The position numbers and the translations under genes are program-made. From a virus (Duplodnaviria; Caudoviricetes), in the IMG/VR virus record IMGVR_UViG_3300025137_000047, positions 1-55,268 of that record: a stretch of DNA of 55,268 nt; one strand, 5' to 3'. Shown here in pieces: positions 1 to 7,961 of the stretch; positions within the stretch are counted from its first letter, which is position 1; the number at the start of each line of letters is the position of its first letter. The notes beneath the pieces are model-generated. The model did not search any database, was not told the DNA's origin, and was given only the letters and a program-made list of their open reading frames with translations.

Positions 1-1
1 A

Positions 2-118
2 CCCAGTGGAGAGTCAACAACCTTTGTTGGTTGGAATCCTATGTGTATCCCCACGATGGATTACATAGTATGGAAACTAAAACGTCGTGAACAAATTGCA
101 AAAGGAGAAATTCATTAA
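2..118 (+). CDS. 3' end of hypothetical protein (partial, ...FVGWNPMCIPTMDYIVWKLKRREQIAKGEIH)
   Basis: Open frame from the window edge to TAA 116-118, overlapping the purM ATG (TAATG coupling). Confidence 0.65.
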   Translation, partial: PSGESTTFVGWNPMCIPTMDYIVWKLKRREQIAKGEIH

Positions 119-1047
119 TGGACTACAAAACTTCTGGAGTTGATATTATCAAAGGACGTTCCTTTGTAGAGTATCTAAAGGTATTAGCACCTAAGATTGG
201 TGGGTTCAATGGAATGATGGAGATCCCATCAGGATATGAGAAACCTGTATTAATATCTGGTGCTGATGGTGTTGGTACTAAAATGAATATCTGTAGAATT
301 GCTGATGATTACACCACTATTGGGCAAGATCTTGTTGCTATGTGCGTCAATGACGTTATATGTTCTGGCGCTAAACCATTATATTTTTTAGATTATATCT
401 CTACTAAATCACTTGATGCTAATGTCAGTGATATTGTGTATGGGATTAATGTTGGTTGTGTGGTGGCTGGTATGGAACTACTGGGTGGAGAAACCGCAGA
501 ACATTTCAGACAAAATGATTATGATCTTGCTGGGTTCTGTACTGGTATTGTAGAGAAGAATCAGATTGTAGATGGTAGTAACATCAGACCTGGTGATGTA
601 GTCATTGGTATTGAAAGCAGTGGACTTCATAGTAATGGATACACTCTTATTAATGATATGCTGTGGAGAAATTATATCTACTACAAGGAGATGCCAGAGC
701 TGTTGGTGCCAACCACCATCTATGCCCGTCTCATACAGCACCTGTTGGATGAGGTTCCTATTCTAGGCATGGCACACATTACAGGAGGAGGACTGACTGA
801 GAACCTTCCTAGGTGCCTTCCAGCAGGTCTTACAGTTGATGTTGATTGGTCTGCTTGGGAACGACCAGAACTCTTTAATAAGATTCAGAAGGCAGGAGAC
901 ATTGCTGAGGAAGAGATGAGAAATGTATTCAATTGTGGTATTGGATTCTGTTTAGTCGTACCGCAAGAGGTTGTAGATCATACTAAAACTTTGATTGCTG
1001 ACACTCCATTTGGTATGAGATCGTGGATTATTGGGGAAGTCGAATAA
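118..1047 (+). CDS. purM: Phosphoribosylaminoimidazole (AIR) synthetase
   Basis: Motifs ADGVGTK, DLVAMCVND, GGETAE, SSGLHSNG, HITGGG, FNCGIG. Confidence 0.97.
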   Translation: MDYKTSGVDIIKGRSFVEYLKVLAPKIGGFNGMMEIPSGYEKPVLISGADGVGTKMNICRIADDYTTIGQDLVAMCVNDVICSGAKPLYFLDYISTKSLDANVSDIVYGINVGCVVAGMELLGGETAEHFRQNDYDLAGFCTGIVEKNQIVDGSNIRPGDVVIGIESSGLHSNGYTLINDMLWRNYIYYKEMPELLVPTTIYARLIQHLLDEVPILGMAHITGGGLTENLPRCLPAGLTVDVDWSAWERPELFNKIQKAGDIAEEEMRNVFNCGIGFCLVVPQEVVDHTKTLIADTPFGMRSWIIGEVE

Positions 1048-1048
1048 T

Positions 1049-1249
1049 ATGACTAGTATTATTAATTATACTACTGCTTTTTGGTCAGTGGTGGTTATGA
1101 ATTGTATTCAACCTGTGAATTGGGAAGCATGTATACCAGTACATGAATGGTTGCTACCAGAAGTCGTGATAGGAATTGAATACTTTCTTGACAAAGATAT
1201 GAAGTTTCTATATAATGACGAGAGAGAACTTTTAAACAGACTCAAATGA
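1049..1249 (+). CDS. Hypothetical cyanophage protein
   Basis: ATG 1049 right after the purM stop; stop overlaps the talC start (ATGA). Confidence 0.7.
   Translation: MTSIINYTTAFWSVVVMNCIQPVNWEACIPVHEWLLPEVVIGIEYFLDKDMKFLYNDERELLNRLK
1188..1216 (+). promoter_or_regulatory. sigma70-type promoter upstream of talC
   Basis: Perfect TTGACA(1188-1193)-17 nt-TATAAT(1211-1216). Confidence 0.85.
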
Positions 1250-1890
1250 AGATTTTTCTGGATACCGCAGACACAGAACTGATTCGTAAATATAATGATA
1301 CTGGTTTGATTGATGGCATCACCACCAACCCTACTCTAATTATGAAGAGTGGTCGTAAACCTGATGATGTTTATCAAGAGATCAAGGATATGGGTATCCG
1401 AGATATCAGCATGGAAGTGATGGGTAATGCTGATGAGATGATTGCAGAAGGTCGCCGTTTATTTGAAACATTTGGGTTTCCTTGCACTGTTAAGGTTCCT
1501 ATGACTCGTGAAGGTCTTAAAGCTTGTAGCGAGTTATCATACAATAACATCCGTGTTAACGTTACTCTTATCTTTTCTGCTGCTCAAGCAATCCTTGCAG
1601 CACGAGCAGGTGCATATTATGTGTCACCTTTTGTAGGACGATTGGATGACCAATCAGTAGCAGGTCTAGAAGTTGTACGTTCTATTTCTGAACTGTATCG
1701 TATCCAGGGTGCTCCTACTCAGGTACTTTCTGCATCTATTCGTAGTGTTCAACGTGCTGTCCGTTCATGGTATAATGGTGCTAGTGTAGTAACTATGCCA
1801 CCTTCTATATTTGAACAGATGCATGATCATATCCTTACCGATATGGGAATGGCAATCTTTGAAAATGATTGGAAGGGGGTACAACAATGA
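1246..1890 (+). CDS. talC: Transaldolase, TalC/MipB family
   Basis: FLDTAD, GITTNPT, VKVP (Schiff-base Lys), NVTLIFS, YVSPFVGRLDD. Confidence 0.97.
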   Translation: MKIFLDTADTELIRKYNDTGLIDGITTNPTLIMKSGRKPDDVYQEIKDMGIRDISMEVMGNADEMIAEGRRLFETFGFPCTVKVPMTREGLKACSELSYNNIRVNVTLIFSAAQAILAARAGAYYVSPFVGRLDDQSVAGLEVVRSISELYRIQGAPTQVLSASIRSVQRAVRSWYNGASVVTMPPSIFEQMHDHILTDMGMAIFENDWKGVQQ

Positions 1891-2123
1891 ACTTTATTGT
1901 ATATTCAAAACCAGGATGCCCATATTGTGATAAGGTCGTTCAGGTACTCACACTAACTGAACAAAAGTTTGTAGAATATAAACTTGGAAGAGACTTCACC
2001 CCCGATGAATTCTTTAATGAATTCGGACATGGTACATCATTTCCCCAAATTCTAGCGGACCAAAAGAAAATTGGAGGATCTAGTGAAACAATCAAGTTCC
2101 TCAGGGAAGAAAAACTTCTCTGA
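1887..2123 (+). CDS. nrdC: Glutaredoxin (NrdC-like)
   Basis: CPYC active site, SFPQI, IGG; ATG 1887 overlaps the talC stop. Confidence 0.9.
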   Translation: MNFIVYSKPGCPYCDKVVQVLTLTEQKFVEYKLGRDFTPDEFFNEFGHGTSFPQILADQKKIGGSSETIKFLREEKLL

Positions 2124-2292
2124 CTTATCAATAAATAAAGGTGTAGAATTACTATTGGGGGATAGACCTAAACCTCAAAAAGGCAACTATATAAAGTTCG
2201 CCAAGATGGTCTCCCTCTTTGGAAGAGAGATTCATTTTAAGTTTGAGGTATCTTTACTTATTAGAAAAATATCTCTTGGAGAAAGTTTATGA
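2071..2292 (+). CDS. Hypothetical protein (start uncertain)
   Basis: ORF fills the gap; stop overlaps the next ATG. Confidence 0.55.
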   Translation: MEDLVKQSSSSGKKNFSDLSINKGVELLLGDRPKPQKGNYIKFAKMVSLFGREIHFKFEVSLLIRKISLGESL

Positions 2293-2516
2293 CTGCTGCA
2301 ACTATAACTCTGTTTTCCCTTGTCTCAGTTCAATTTCTGCTTATTGGTGGTTTGATTGGACTTATTGCAAGAGAATTATTCCAAAGGCAGGCACTCCCCT
2401 ACATTCATCCTGAAATGTTGGACGAATATGGTAATATATTACCAGATGAAATTTTAGCTGTAAGATTTGAAAATGACTACGAAACCCAAGACCACGACGA
2501 GGAAGACGACGATTAA
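2289..2516 (+). CDS. Small membrane protein, DUF2973-like
   Basis: N-terminal TM helix, then HPEMLDEYGNILPDEILAVRF and an acidic tail. Confidence 0.7.
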   Translation: MTAATITLFSLVSVQFLLIGGLIGLIARELFQRQALPYIHPEMLDEYGNILPDEILAVRFENDYETQDHDEEDDD

Positions 2517-3093
2517 GAAAGCGTCTACTCCTATACGGAAGGCAGTTCCAGCAACACTGGAACTGCCACCTAATCCCTTTACCTTTGAAGTTTTTGCTCT
2601 GGTAAATAAGCAGAAGACAAAATCAAAGAGAATAGAAGTCCTTAGAAAGTATGAGCATGATTCTCTCAAGGCACTATTCATTTGGAACTTTGATGAGAGT
2701 GTGATTTCTCTTCTCCCTCCTGGTGAAGTTCCTTACTCTAGTATGAGAGATGAACAAATTACCACAGGAACTTTGAGTACCAAGATTTCTCAGGCAGTTG
2801 GTACTATGGAATACAATCAAGATGATTCTCTGGGACTTGGTGATATGAAGAAAGGTAGAACCACTATCCGAAAGGAATTTACCAGGTTCTATAATTTCTG
2901 TAAAGGTGGTAACGACCAACTTAAGGGTCTTCGCAGAGAGACTATGTTCATTCAGATGCTTGAAGGTCTGCATCCACTTGACGCAGAGATCTTGTGCCTT
3001 GTAAAGGATAAGAATCTAGAAGACAAGTATAAGATTACTAAAGAACTTGTTTCTGAAGCATATCCAGACATTACATGGGGAGGTCGCAGTTGA
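2473..3093 (+). CDS. Conserved T4-like phage hypothetical protein
   Basis: Long ORF with RRETMFIQMLEGLHPLDAEILCLVKDK motif; ATG 2473 preferred over upstream TTG. Confidence 0.8.
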   Translation: MTTKPKTTTRKTTIKKASTPIRKAVPATLELPPNPFTFEVFALVNKQKTKSKRIEVLRKYEHDSLKALFIWNFDESVISLLPPGEVPYSSMRDEQITTGTLSTKISQAVGTMEYNQDDSLGLGDMKKGRTTIRKEFTRFYNFCKGGNDQLKGLRRETMFIQMLEGLHPLDAEILCLVKDKNLEDKYKITKELVSEAYPDITWGGRS

Positions 3094-3353
3094 GTAAAAT
3101 AAGAATCCTACAAGAGGATTGTGATATTAAATTAGCAGATGACAAATCACTCCCTAATACTTGCTTTGTTGTAGAATACTATAAGGATGATGCTAAGAAG
3201 TATGATCTAGTAATATCTACTAAGAAGGTAGATATCTTTGATCATTATTGGGACAAGTATAAGACTGGTTTTATTACCATCTATCAGTCTGCCGGTACTG
3301 CTAATCCTAAACTGTGGAATGCTCCTGGCAGTGAACCCAAGAAAAAGAAATGA
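3075..3353 (+). CDS. Hypothetical protein (start may be TTG 3090)
   Basis: ORF in the operon; DIFDHYWD...G.ANPKLW motif. Confidence 0.7.
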   Translation: MGRSQLSKIRILQEDCDIKLADDKSLPNTCFVVEYYKDDAKKYDLVISTKKVDIFDHYWDKYKTGFITIYQSAGTANPKLWNAPGSEPKKKK

Positions 3354-3532
3354 ATGACAAGAGTCTAAATGTCGATATCAATTTTGATGGTATCGAACAA
3401 GTCAAAAAGAAGTACAAGAAAATTAAAAAGTACATGAAGTCTAACCTATATCAGATTAAGGTTATAGACGGTACGGAGAAAGTAGTCTCCAACCTGATAA
3501 AGGAAAACGATAATGCAGAACTACTTGACTAA
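3350..3532 (+). CDS. Hypothetical Lys-rich protein
   Basis: ATGA overlap with the upstream ORF. Confidence 0.65.
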   Translation: MNDKSLNVDINFDGIEQVKKKYKKIKKYMKSNLYQIKVIDGTEKVVSNLIKENDNAELLD

Positions 3533-3553
3533 ATAATGTATGAGGTCTATAAT
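3525..3553 (+). promoter_or_regulatory. sigma70-type promoter with an overlapping late-promoter-like CTAAATA
   Basis: TTGACT(3525-3530)-17 nt-TATAAT(3548-3553); CTAAATA 3529-3535. Confidence 0.85.
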
Positions 3554-3561
3554 AGACCTGT

Positions 3562-3812
3562 CGTTCATCTCCTAATTTGGACTAAATTAGGACTCAATTA
3601 GGAGACGCAAGTAAGTCGCGGAACGGAGCCGTTCATCCTATGCTAGAAATACTATTCTATTCATCACTCACCTGTCAACAAGCTGATACAATCATGCTTA
3701 AGATGAAAGCAAATGAGAATATCTCAAATGCTTTTAAGGTAGAGTTGATTGAGGTCATGAAGGAATCAACACCTGAATGCTATCCATGGGACGCAAACGA
3801 CTAAAGGAACGG
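3562..3812 (+). ncRNA. Double glnA-type glutamine riboswitch-like RNA
   Basis: Two units CGTTCATC..P2..GACGCAA..GGAACG (3562-3625 and 3630-3811); lies just after a promoter and upstream of a DUF4278 gene. Confidence 0.8.
3640..3804 (+). CDS. 54-aa hypothetical protein nested in the riboswitch (MLEILFYSSLTCQQAD...ECYPWDAND)
   Basis: Translated by hand; GGAG at 3625-3628 upstream; too short for the ORF track. Confidence 0.7.
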   Translation: MLEILFYSSLTCQQADTIMLKMKANENISNAFKVELIEVMKESTPECYPWDAND

Positions 3813-3845
3813 ACCTAAAAATCCAACTACTTTAGGAGTAACAAC

Positions 3846-4013
3846 ATGAACACCCTTCAAATGGTAAAGCAGCAGATCAACAAAGTATCTGCACTTCACA
3901 ACGCACAAATTCTTCACACCTCATATCGTGGTGTTGAGTATAATACACGTTGTGTAGAAAACAAAGAGTCGCACGGTACATTCTGCTATCGTGGTCGTAC
4001 TTATACTAAGTGA
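3846..4013 (+). CDS. DUF4278-family small protein (related to GS inactivating factor IF17)
   Basis: 55 aa with two YRG motifs (SYRGVEY, CYRGRTY); strong AGGAG SD 3834-3838; downstream of glnA-type RNA. Confidence 0.85.
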   Translation: MNTLQMVKQQINKVSALHNAQILHTSYRGVEYNTRCVENKESHGTFCYRGRTYTK

Positions 4014-4031
4014 TTCATTAACTTACATTGC

Positions 4032-4060
4032 AGAGAGGATTAACTATCCTCTCTTTTTTT
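4032..4060 (+). terminator. Rho-independent terminator
   Basis: AGAGAGGAT-TAACT-ATCCTCTCT followed by a T run. Confidence 0.9.
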
Positions 4061-4191
4061 GTCTTTAAGTAACGAATTAACAATTGTTAGTAAACTAACA
4101 CAAACTAACCTAAATAATACAGAATTAAAAAATTTCCTATGATCTGAAAACTTTTTCTATATTAATGATGTAAACTCTTAAGGATTAAATC

Positions 4192-4362
4192 ATGCATAAT
4201 GTTATGTCTAGTAACCAATTAGCTGAGTGGAGGAATATTGGCCACAATTTAAATCTATACAATGACGAAATAGATTTAACAAACGACTACTTTGATTGTT
4301 TAATAGAGTGCGATGATTCTCAGTCAATATGTAAACGAATATGTAGGAGACTATTAAGTTAA
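4192..4362 (+). CDS. 56-aa four-cysteine small protein (MHNVMSSNQLAEW...DYFDCLIECDDSQSICKRICRRLLS)
   Basis: Translated by hand; AAGGA SD; followed by a terminator. Confidence 0.8.
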   Translation: MHNVMSSNQLAEWRNIGHNLNLYNDEIDLTNDYFDCLIECDDSQSICKRICRRLLS

Positions 4363-4368
4363 TATGAG

Positions 4369-4397
4369 AAGCGTGTCTTGACAGACACGCTTTTTTT
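4369..4397 (+). terminator. Rho-independent terminator
   Basis: AAGCGTGTCT-TGAC-AGACACGCTT plus T run. Confidence 0.85.
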
Positions 4398-4406
4398 GTG
4401 TAGAAT
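4378..4406 (+). promoter_or_regulatory. sigma70-type promoter embedded in the terminator
   Basis: TTGACA(4378-4383)-17 nt-TAGAAT(4401-4406). Confidence 0.8.
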
Positions 4407-4429
4407 GTATGGATACTGTAATTGAGTTT

Positions 4430-4597
4430 ATGGACAAACAAAAACTAAAACTCATTGTACGTAATTTAAAATCTCTTGTCGATGCTTTGGAGTCTGAGGT
4501 TCACTCAGATGTACAAGCATATACATATGAAAGAAATACTACACTTGTAGGTGACTACGATGAGATTTTTGAAGACGATGATGGTTATCCCGACTAA
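4430..4597 (+). CDS. Conserved cyanophage hypothetical protein
   Basis: MDKQKLKLIVRNLKSLVDALESEVHSD; ATG 4430 lies downstream of the predicted transcription start. Confidence 0.75.
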   Translation: MDKQKLKLIVRNLKSLVDALESEVHSDVQAYTYERNTTLVGDYDEIFEDDDGYPD

Positions 4598-4600
4598 ACT

Positions 4601-5236
4601 ATGAGAGTACAATTAGTAAGCGTTACTCCTGACGCAGAAAAAACTATGGCGTATATCGCTAGAGTATCCAACCCCAGTAATCAGGAGAATGATAAGTACG
4701 CTGGTCTTTTACGTTACTGTATCAAGCATAACCACTGGTCTGTGTTTGAGCAATCTACTATGACCTTGGAGATTGCGACTACCCGTGCTATTGCGGCTCA
4801 AATACTCCGCCATCGTAGTTTTACATATCAAGAGTTTTCGCAACGATATGCAGATTCATCTCTGCTTGGTAATAAGATTCCTCTACCTGAACTTCGCCGT
4901 CAGGATACAAAGAATCGTCAGAACTCAATTGATGATCTTGATCCTTTTATAACTCAGAATATGGAACTGCAAATGCAGACTCTGTTTGACTCTTCCATGG
5001 CACTGTATCAGCAAATGCTTGCATCTGGAGTTGCAAAGGAATGTGCAAGAAATGTGCTTCCACTCTGTACGCCTACTAGAATCTACATGACTGGTTCATG
5101 CCGCTCTTGGATCCACTATATTACTCTAAGGACTGCTAACGGCACCCAGAAGGAGCATATGCAAGTTGCAGAGGATGCGAAGAAAGTATTCATGGAACAG
5201 TTCCCTACTGTTTCCGAAGCCCTTGAGTGGGTATAA
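4601..5236 (+). CDS. thyX: FAD-dependent thymidylate synthase
   Basis: HWSVFE and RHRSFTYQEFSQRY ThyX motif. Confidence 0.97.
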   Translation: MRVQLVSVTPDAEKTMAYIARVSNPSNQENDKYAGLLRYCIKHNHWSVFEQSTMTLEIATTRAIAAQILRHRSFTYQEFSQRYADSSLLGNKIPLPELRRQDTKNRQNSIDDLDPFITQNMELQMQTLFDSSMALYQQMLASGVAKECARNVLPLCTPTRIYMTGSCRSWIHYITLRTANGTQKEHMQVAEDAKKVFMEQFPTVSEALEWV

Positions 5237-5262
5237 TAAATAATTCATTGAGTTTTGTAATC

Positions 5263-5511
5263 ATGGCAACATATCCAGTAGTCCATAAAGAGACTGGTGA
5301 TCAAAAAGAAGTCGTAATGAGTATCACCGAATGGTCTCAGTGGTGTATAGACAATCCTGAATGGCATAGAGACTGGAGTGATCCATCTACCTGCCCTGCT
5401 TCAGGTGAAGTCGGTGAATGGAAGGATAAACTTCGTAAGAAGAATCCTGGATGGAACGAAGTTCTAGCCAAGGTCAAAACGGTCCCAGGTGCTAACATTA
5501 GTAAGATCTAA
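5263..5511 (+). CDS. Conserved T4-like hypothetical protein
   Basis: MATYPVVHKETGDQKEV...GWNEVLAKVK; typical position between thyX and phoH. Confidence 0.8.
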   Translation: MATYPVVHKETGDQKEVVMSITEWSQWCIDNPEWHRDWSDPSTCPASGEVGEWKDKLRKKNPGWNEVLAKVKTVPGANISKI

Positions 5512-5513
5512 GT

Positions 5514-6275
5514 ATGCCAGCTAAAAAAAGAAAAGGCGGTTCCAGCGTTGGAGTCGGCAGTATGAGTTCACGACAACTGAAGAGAAAGAAACCAATCAAT
5601 TCTGATTTAATGGTTGATATCAAACCATTAACTGATAACCAAGAAAAGTTCTTTGAGGCATATAATGCAGGCAAAAATATGTTTGCTTATGGTGCAGCAG
5701 GTACAGGTAAAACTTTTGTCGCACTATACCTTGCACTTAAAGACGTATTAGATCAATTTACACCTTATGAAAAGGTGTATGTGGTTCGTTCTCTTGTTTC
5801 TACTCGCGAGATTGGATTTCTCCCTGGAGACCATGATGATAAGGCAGCACTATACCAAATTCCATATAAGAATATGGTAAAGTATATGTTTGAGATGCAG
5901 GATGAGAATGAATTTGAGATGCTTTACGGAGCACTCAAAGCACAGGAGACTATTCGCTTCTGGTCTACATCATTCATTCGTGGAACCACCATGGATAACT
6001 GCATCATCATCGTTGACGAGATGCAGAACTTGAATTTTCATGAACTTGATAGTATAATAACAAGAGTTGGTGAAAACTGTAAGATTGTTTTCTGTGGAGA
6101 CGCAGCACAGTCTGACCTTGTGAAGACCAACGAGCGTAATGGAATCCTCGATTTCATGAAGATCATCCAAGCAATGACTGACGACTTTACTTGTGTAGAG
6201 TATGACGTTAATGATATTGTTAGATCTGGATTTGTTCGTAACTACATCATGACTAAAATTGCACTCGGTATTTAA
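5514..6275 (+). CDS. phoH: PhoH-family ATPase
   Basis: GAAGTGKT Walker A, IGFLPG, IRGTT, DEMQN, GDAAQSD, DIVRSG. Confidence 0.97.
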   Translation: MPAKKRKGGSSVGVGSMSSRQLKRKKPINSDLMVDIKPLTDNQEKFFEAYNAGKNMFAYGAAGTGKTFVALYLALKDVLDQFTPYEKVYVVRSLVSTREIGFLPGDHDDKAALYQIPYKNMVKYMFEMQDENEFEMLYGALKAQETIRFWSTSFIRGTTMDNCIIIVDEMQNLNFHELDSIITRVGENCKIVFCGDAAQSDLVKTNERNGILDFMKIIQAMTDDFTCVEYDVNDIVRSGFVRNYIMTKIALGI

Positions 6276-6961
6276 TGTTTGTCCATTTAGATAATTTGAA
6301 AGGTGAGACTGATTTAACAGCAACCATGATTGATGGGACTCGTTTTTACGAAGTTCCATCAGGAAAGATGTATCCATCCATCACCTCAGTCACGAGTTTC
6401 TATAACCGTGAAGTCTTTGTTAAATGGCGAAAGCGAGTCGGTAACGACGAAGCAAATAAAATTCTTAGAGAGTCTACATTTCGTGGGACTAAGTTCCATG
6501 ATGCAGTGGAACAATATATTAAAAATGTTCCTATCAAGGACATTGATATGCTTCCCTCTACAAAGTTCCTTCTACTCTCAGCGAAGGAGAATTTGGACCG
6601 TATAAATAACATACATGTTATAGAACAGTCACTGTATAGTGACTATCTTGGTCTTGCGGGGAGAGTAGACTGCATAGCAGAGTACGACGGAGAACTAGCA
6701 GTCATCGACTTTAAGACCTCAGCCAAGATTAAACCCGAGAAATGGATTGAAAATTATTTCGTGCAAGAGACTGCCTATGCTTGCATGTATTTTGAAATGA
6801 CTGGTATCCCAGTCAAAAAACTTATTACTATTATGGTTGCAGAAAATGGAGAAAGCTTTGTCTACGAAAAAACAAACAAGGGTCACTATATTAAACTTCT
6901 CACAGAGTACATCAAAAAGTTCGTCGAATTCAAAACAGGAGAATATGGAGAATCAAGTTGA
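6275..6961 (+). CDS. PD-(D/E)XK exonuclease (exonuclease A-like)
   Basis: YPSITSV, RGTKFH, AGRVDC, IDFKTS, YFVQETAY. Confidence 0.9.
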   Translation: MFVHLDNLKGETDLTATMIDGTRFYEVPSGKMYPSITSVTSFYNREVFVKWRKRVGNDEANKILRESTFRGTKFHDAVEQYIKNVPIKDIDMLPSTKFLLLSAKENLDRINNIHVIEQSLYSDYLGLAGRVDCIAEYDGELAVIDFKTSAKIKPEKWIENYFVQETAYACMYFEMTGIPVKKLITIMVAENGESFVYEKTNKGHYIKLLTEYIKKFVEFKTGEYGESS

Positions 6962-7199
6962 TGATCTGATCAAAGAGAAGTTTATATGTCCAGCAAAATT
7001 TGCACAAGAAGTCGAGAATCTAGTCAAAACTTACAAGTTTAATTACATTGATGCTATTATTACTTTCTGTGAAGAGAACAAGATCGAGATGGAATCTGTC
7101 GGTAAACTGATTTCAAAACCACTGAAGGAAAAACTTAAGTATGACGCTACTCAACTTAACTTCCTGAAAAAGACTACGAGAGCAAAACTTCCATTATGA
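6945..7199 (+). CDS. gp33: Late promoter transcription co-activator gp33
   Basis: FAQEVE..YIDAIITFCEEN.IE.ESV.KLISKPLKEKLK; GGAG SD before ATG 6945. Confidence 0.9.
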   Translation: MENQVDDLIKEKFICPAKFAQEVENLVKTYKFNYIDAIITFCEENKIEMESVGKLISKPLKEKLKYDATQLNFLKKTTRAKLPL

Positions 7200-7384
7200 T
7201 TTCCCGTGATGATCTAATTCATTTGAAAATTCAAGCAGCAATGCGAGAACACAACATTCCTGAATCTGATTTAAAATATATTGGAGAAGGCGAAGGAACA
7301 CACTGGTATAGAGTCAATGGTAAACATTCTGTACCGGTTTATATGATTGAAGAATTTGAGCAAGTTAATGATGACACCGATTGA
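7196..7384 (+). CDS. Hypothetical protein
   Basis: ATGA overlap with gp33. Confidence 0.7.
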   Translation: MISRDDLIHLKIQAAMREHNIPESDLKYIGEGEGTHWYRVNGKHSVPVYMIEEFEQVNDDTD

Positions 7385-7961
7385 TGTATACAAAACATAT
7401 CTAGCATTCAAGAATCATTTTACAAAACAGAGTTATAGTTACTTTAAGTACTCTGGTAAATCTAGAACATCTGTTCAAGCATATAATAATCGTAAAGACC
7501 GTTACTTCTTTGAACGGATGTCTCGTAAGAAGACAGATGATGAAATTAAACAATATTTCCTAGCAAACTTTGTTGAATGTGATGATCCTGACCGACTGTG
7601 GATTGGTGAAATTATATCTGCTGGCGAAGATAACTTGAAGTCTTGGATGAAACGATCTCAGACTATGGGTTATATGTTCAAAACTGAAGTAGAAGTCTTT
7701 GTAAGCAAAGAAAACTTTCAACAATTGTTCTCTATCAAGGGACAGTCACACCCTGAAGTATTGAAGAAATATCTACAGGGTGCTTTGTCTATTGAGACTA
7801 TGGTAATATTAGATATTATCCTAGACTACGTGAAGAACTTCGACAAAAAACTTGATGATCCAGTGTGGACAACCGTAAGTCTTAAGATAAAGAAATATAA
7901 ACCTTTCCTAAATATTGATGTTGAAAGGTATAAATCCATTCTTAAAGAGCAGGTAGTATGA
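7368..7961 (+). CDS. gp59: Helicase loader gp59
   Basis: YKTYLAFKNHFT..YSYFKYSGK..RKDRYFF; synteny with gp33/gp32. Confidence 0.9.
   Translation: MMTPIDVYKTYLAFKNHFTKQSYSYFKYSGKSRTSVQAYNNRKDRYFFERMSRKKTDDEIKQYFLANFVECDDPDRLWIGEIISAGEDNLKSWMKRSQTMGYMFKTEVEVFVSKENFQQLFSIKGQSHPEVLKKYLQGALSIETMVILDIILDYVKNFDKKLDDPVWTTVSLKIKKYKPFLNIDVERYKSILKEQVV

Noticed and set aside
4069-4100. Canonical NtcA-activated promoter
   Set aside because: The site is GTT-N8-AAC rather than GTA-N8-TAC, with no clear -10 box at the expected distance; kept only as a weak note
4208-4441. Minus-strand 77-aa ORF
   Set aside because: Overlaps the better-supported plus-strand Cys-rich ORF, terminator and promoter
6275-6961. 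Cas4-like nuclease suggesting a CRISPR system
   Set aside because: It is the ordinary T4-like PD-(D/E)XK exonuclease in conserved synteny; I saw no repeat-spacer array or cas genes
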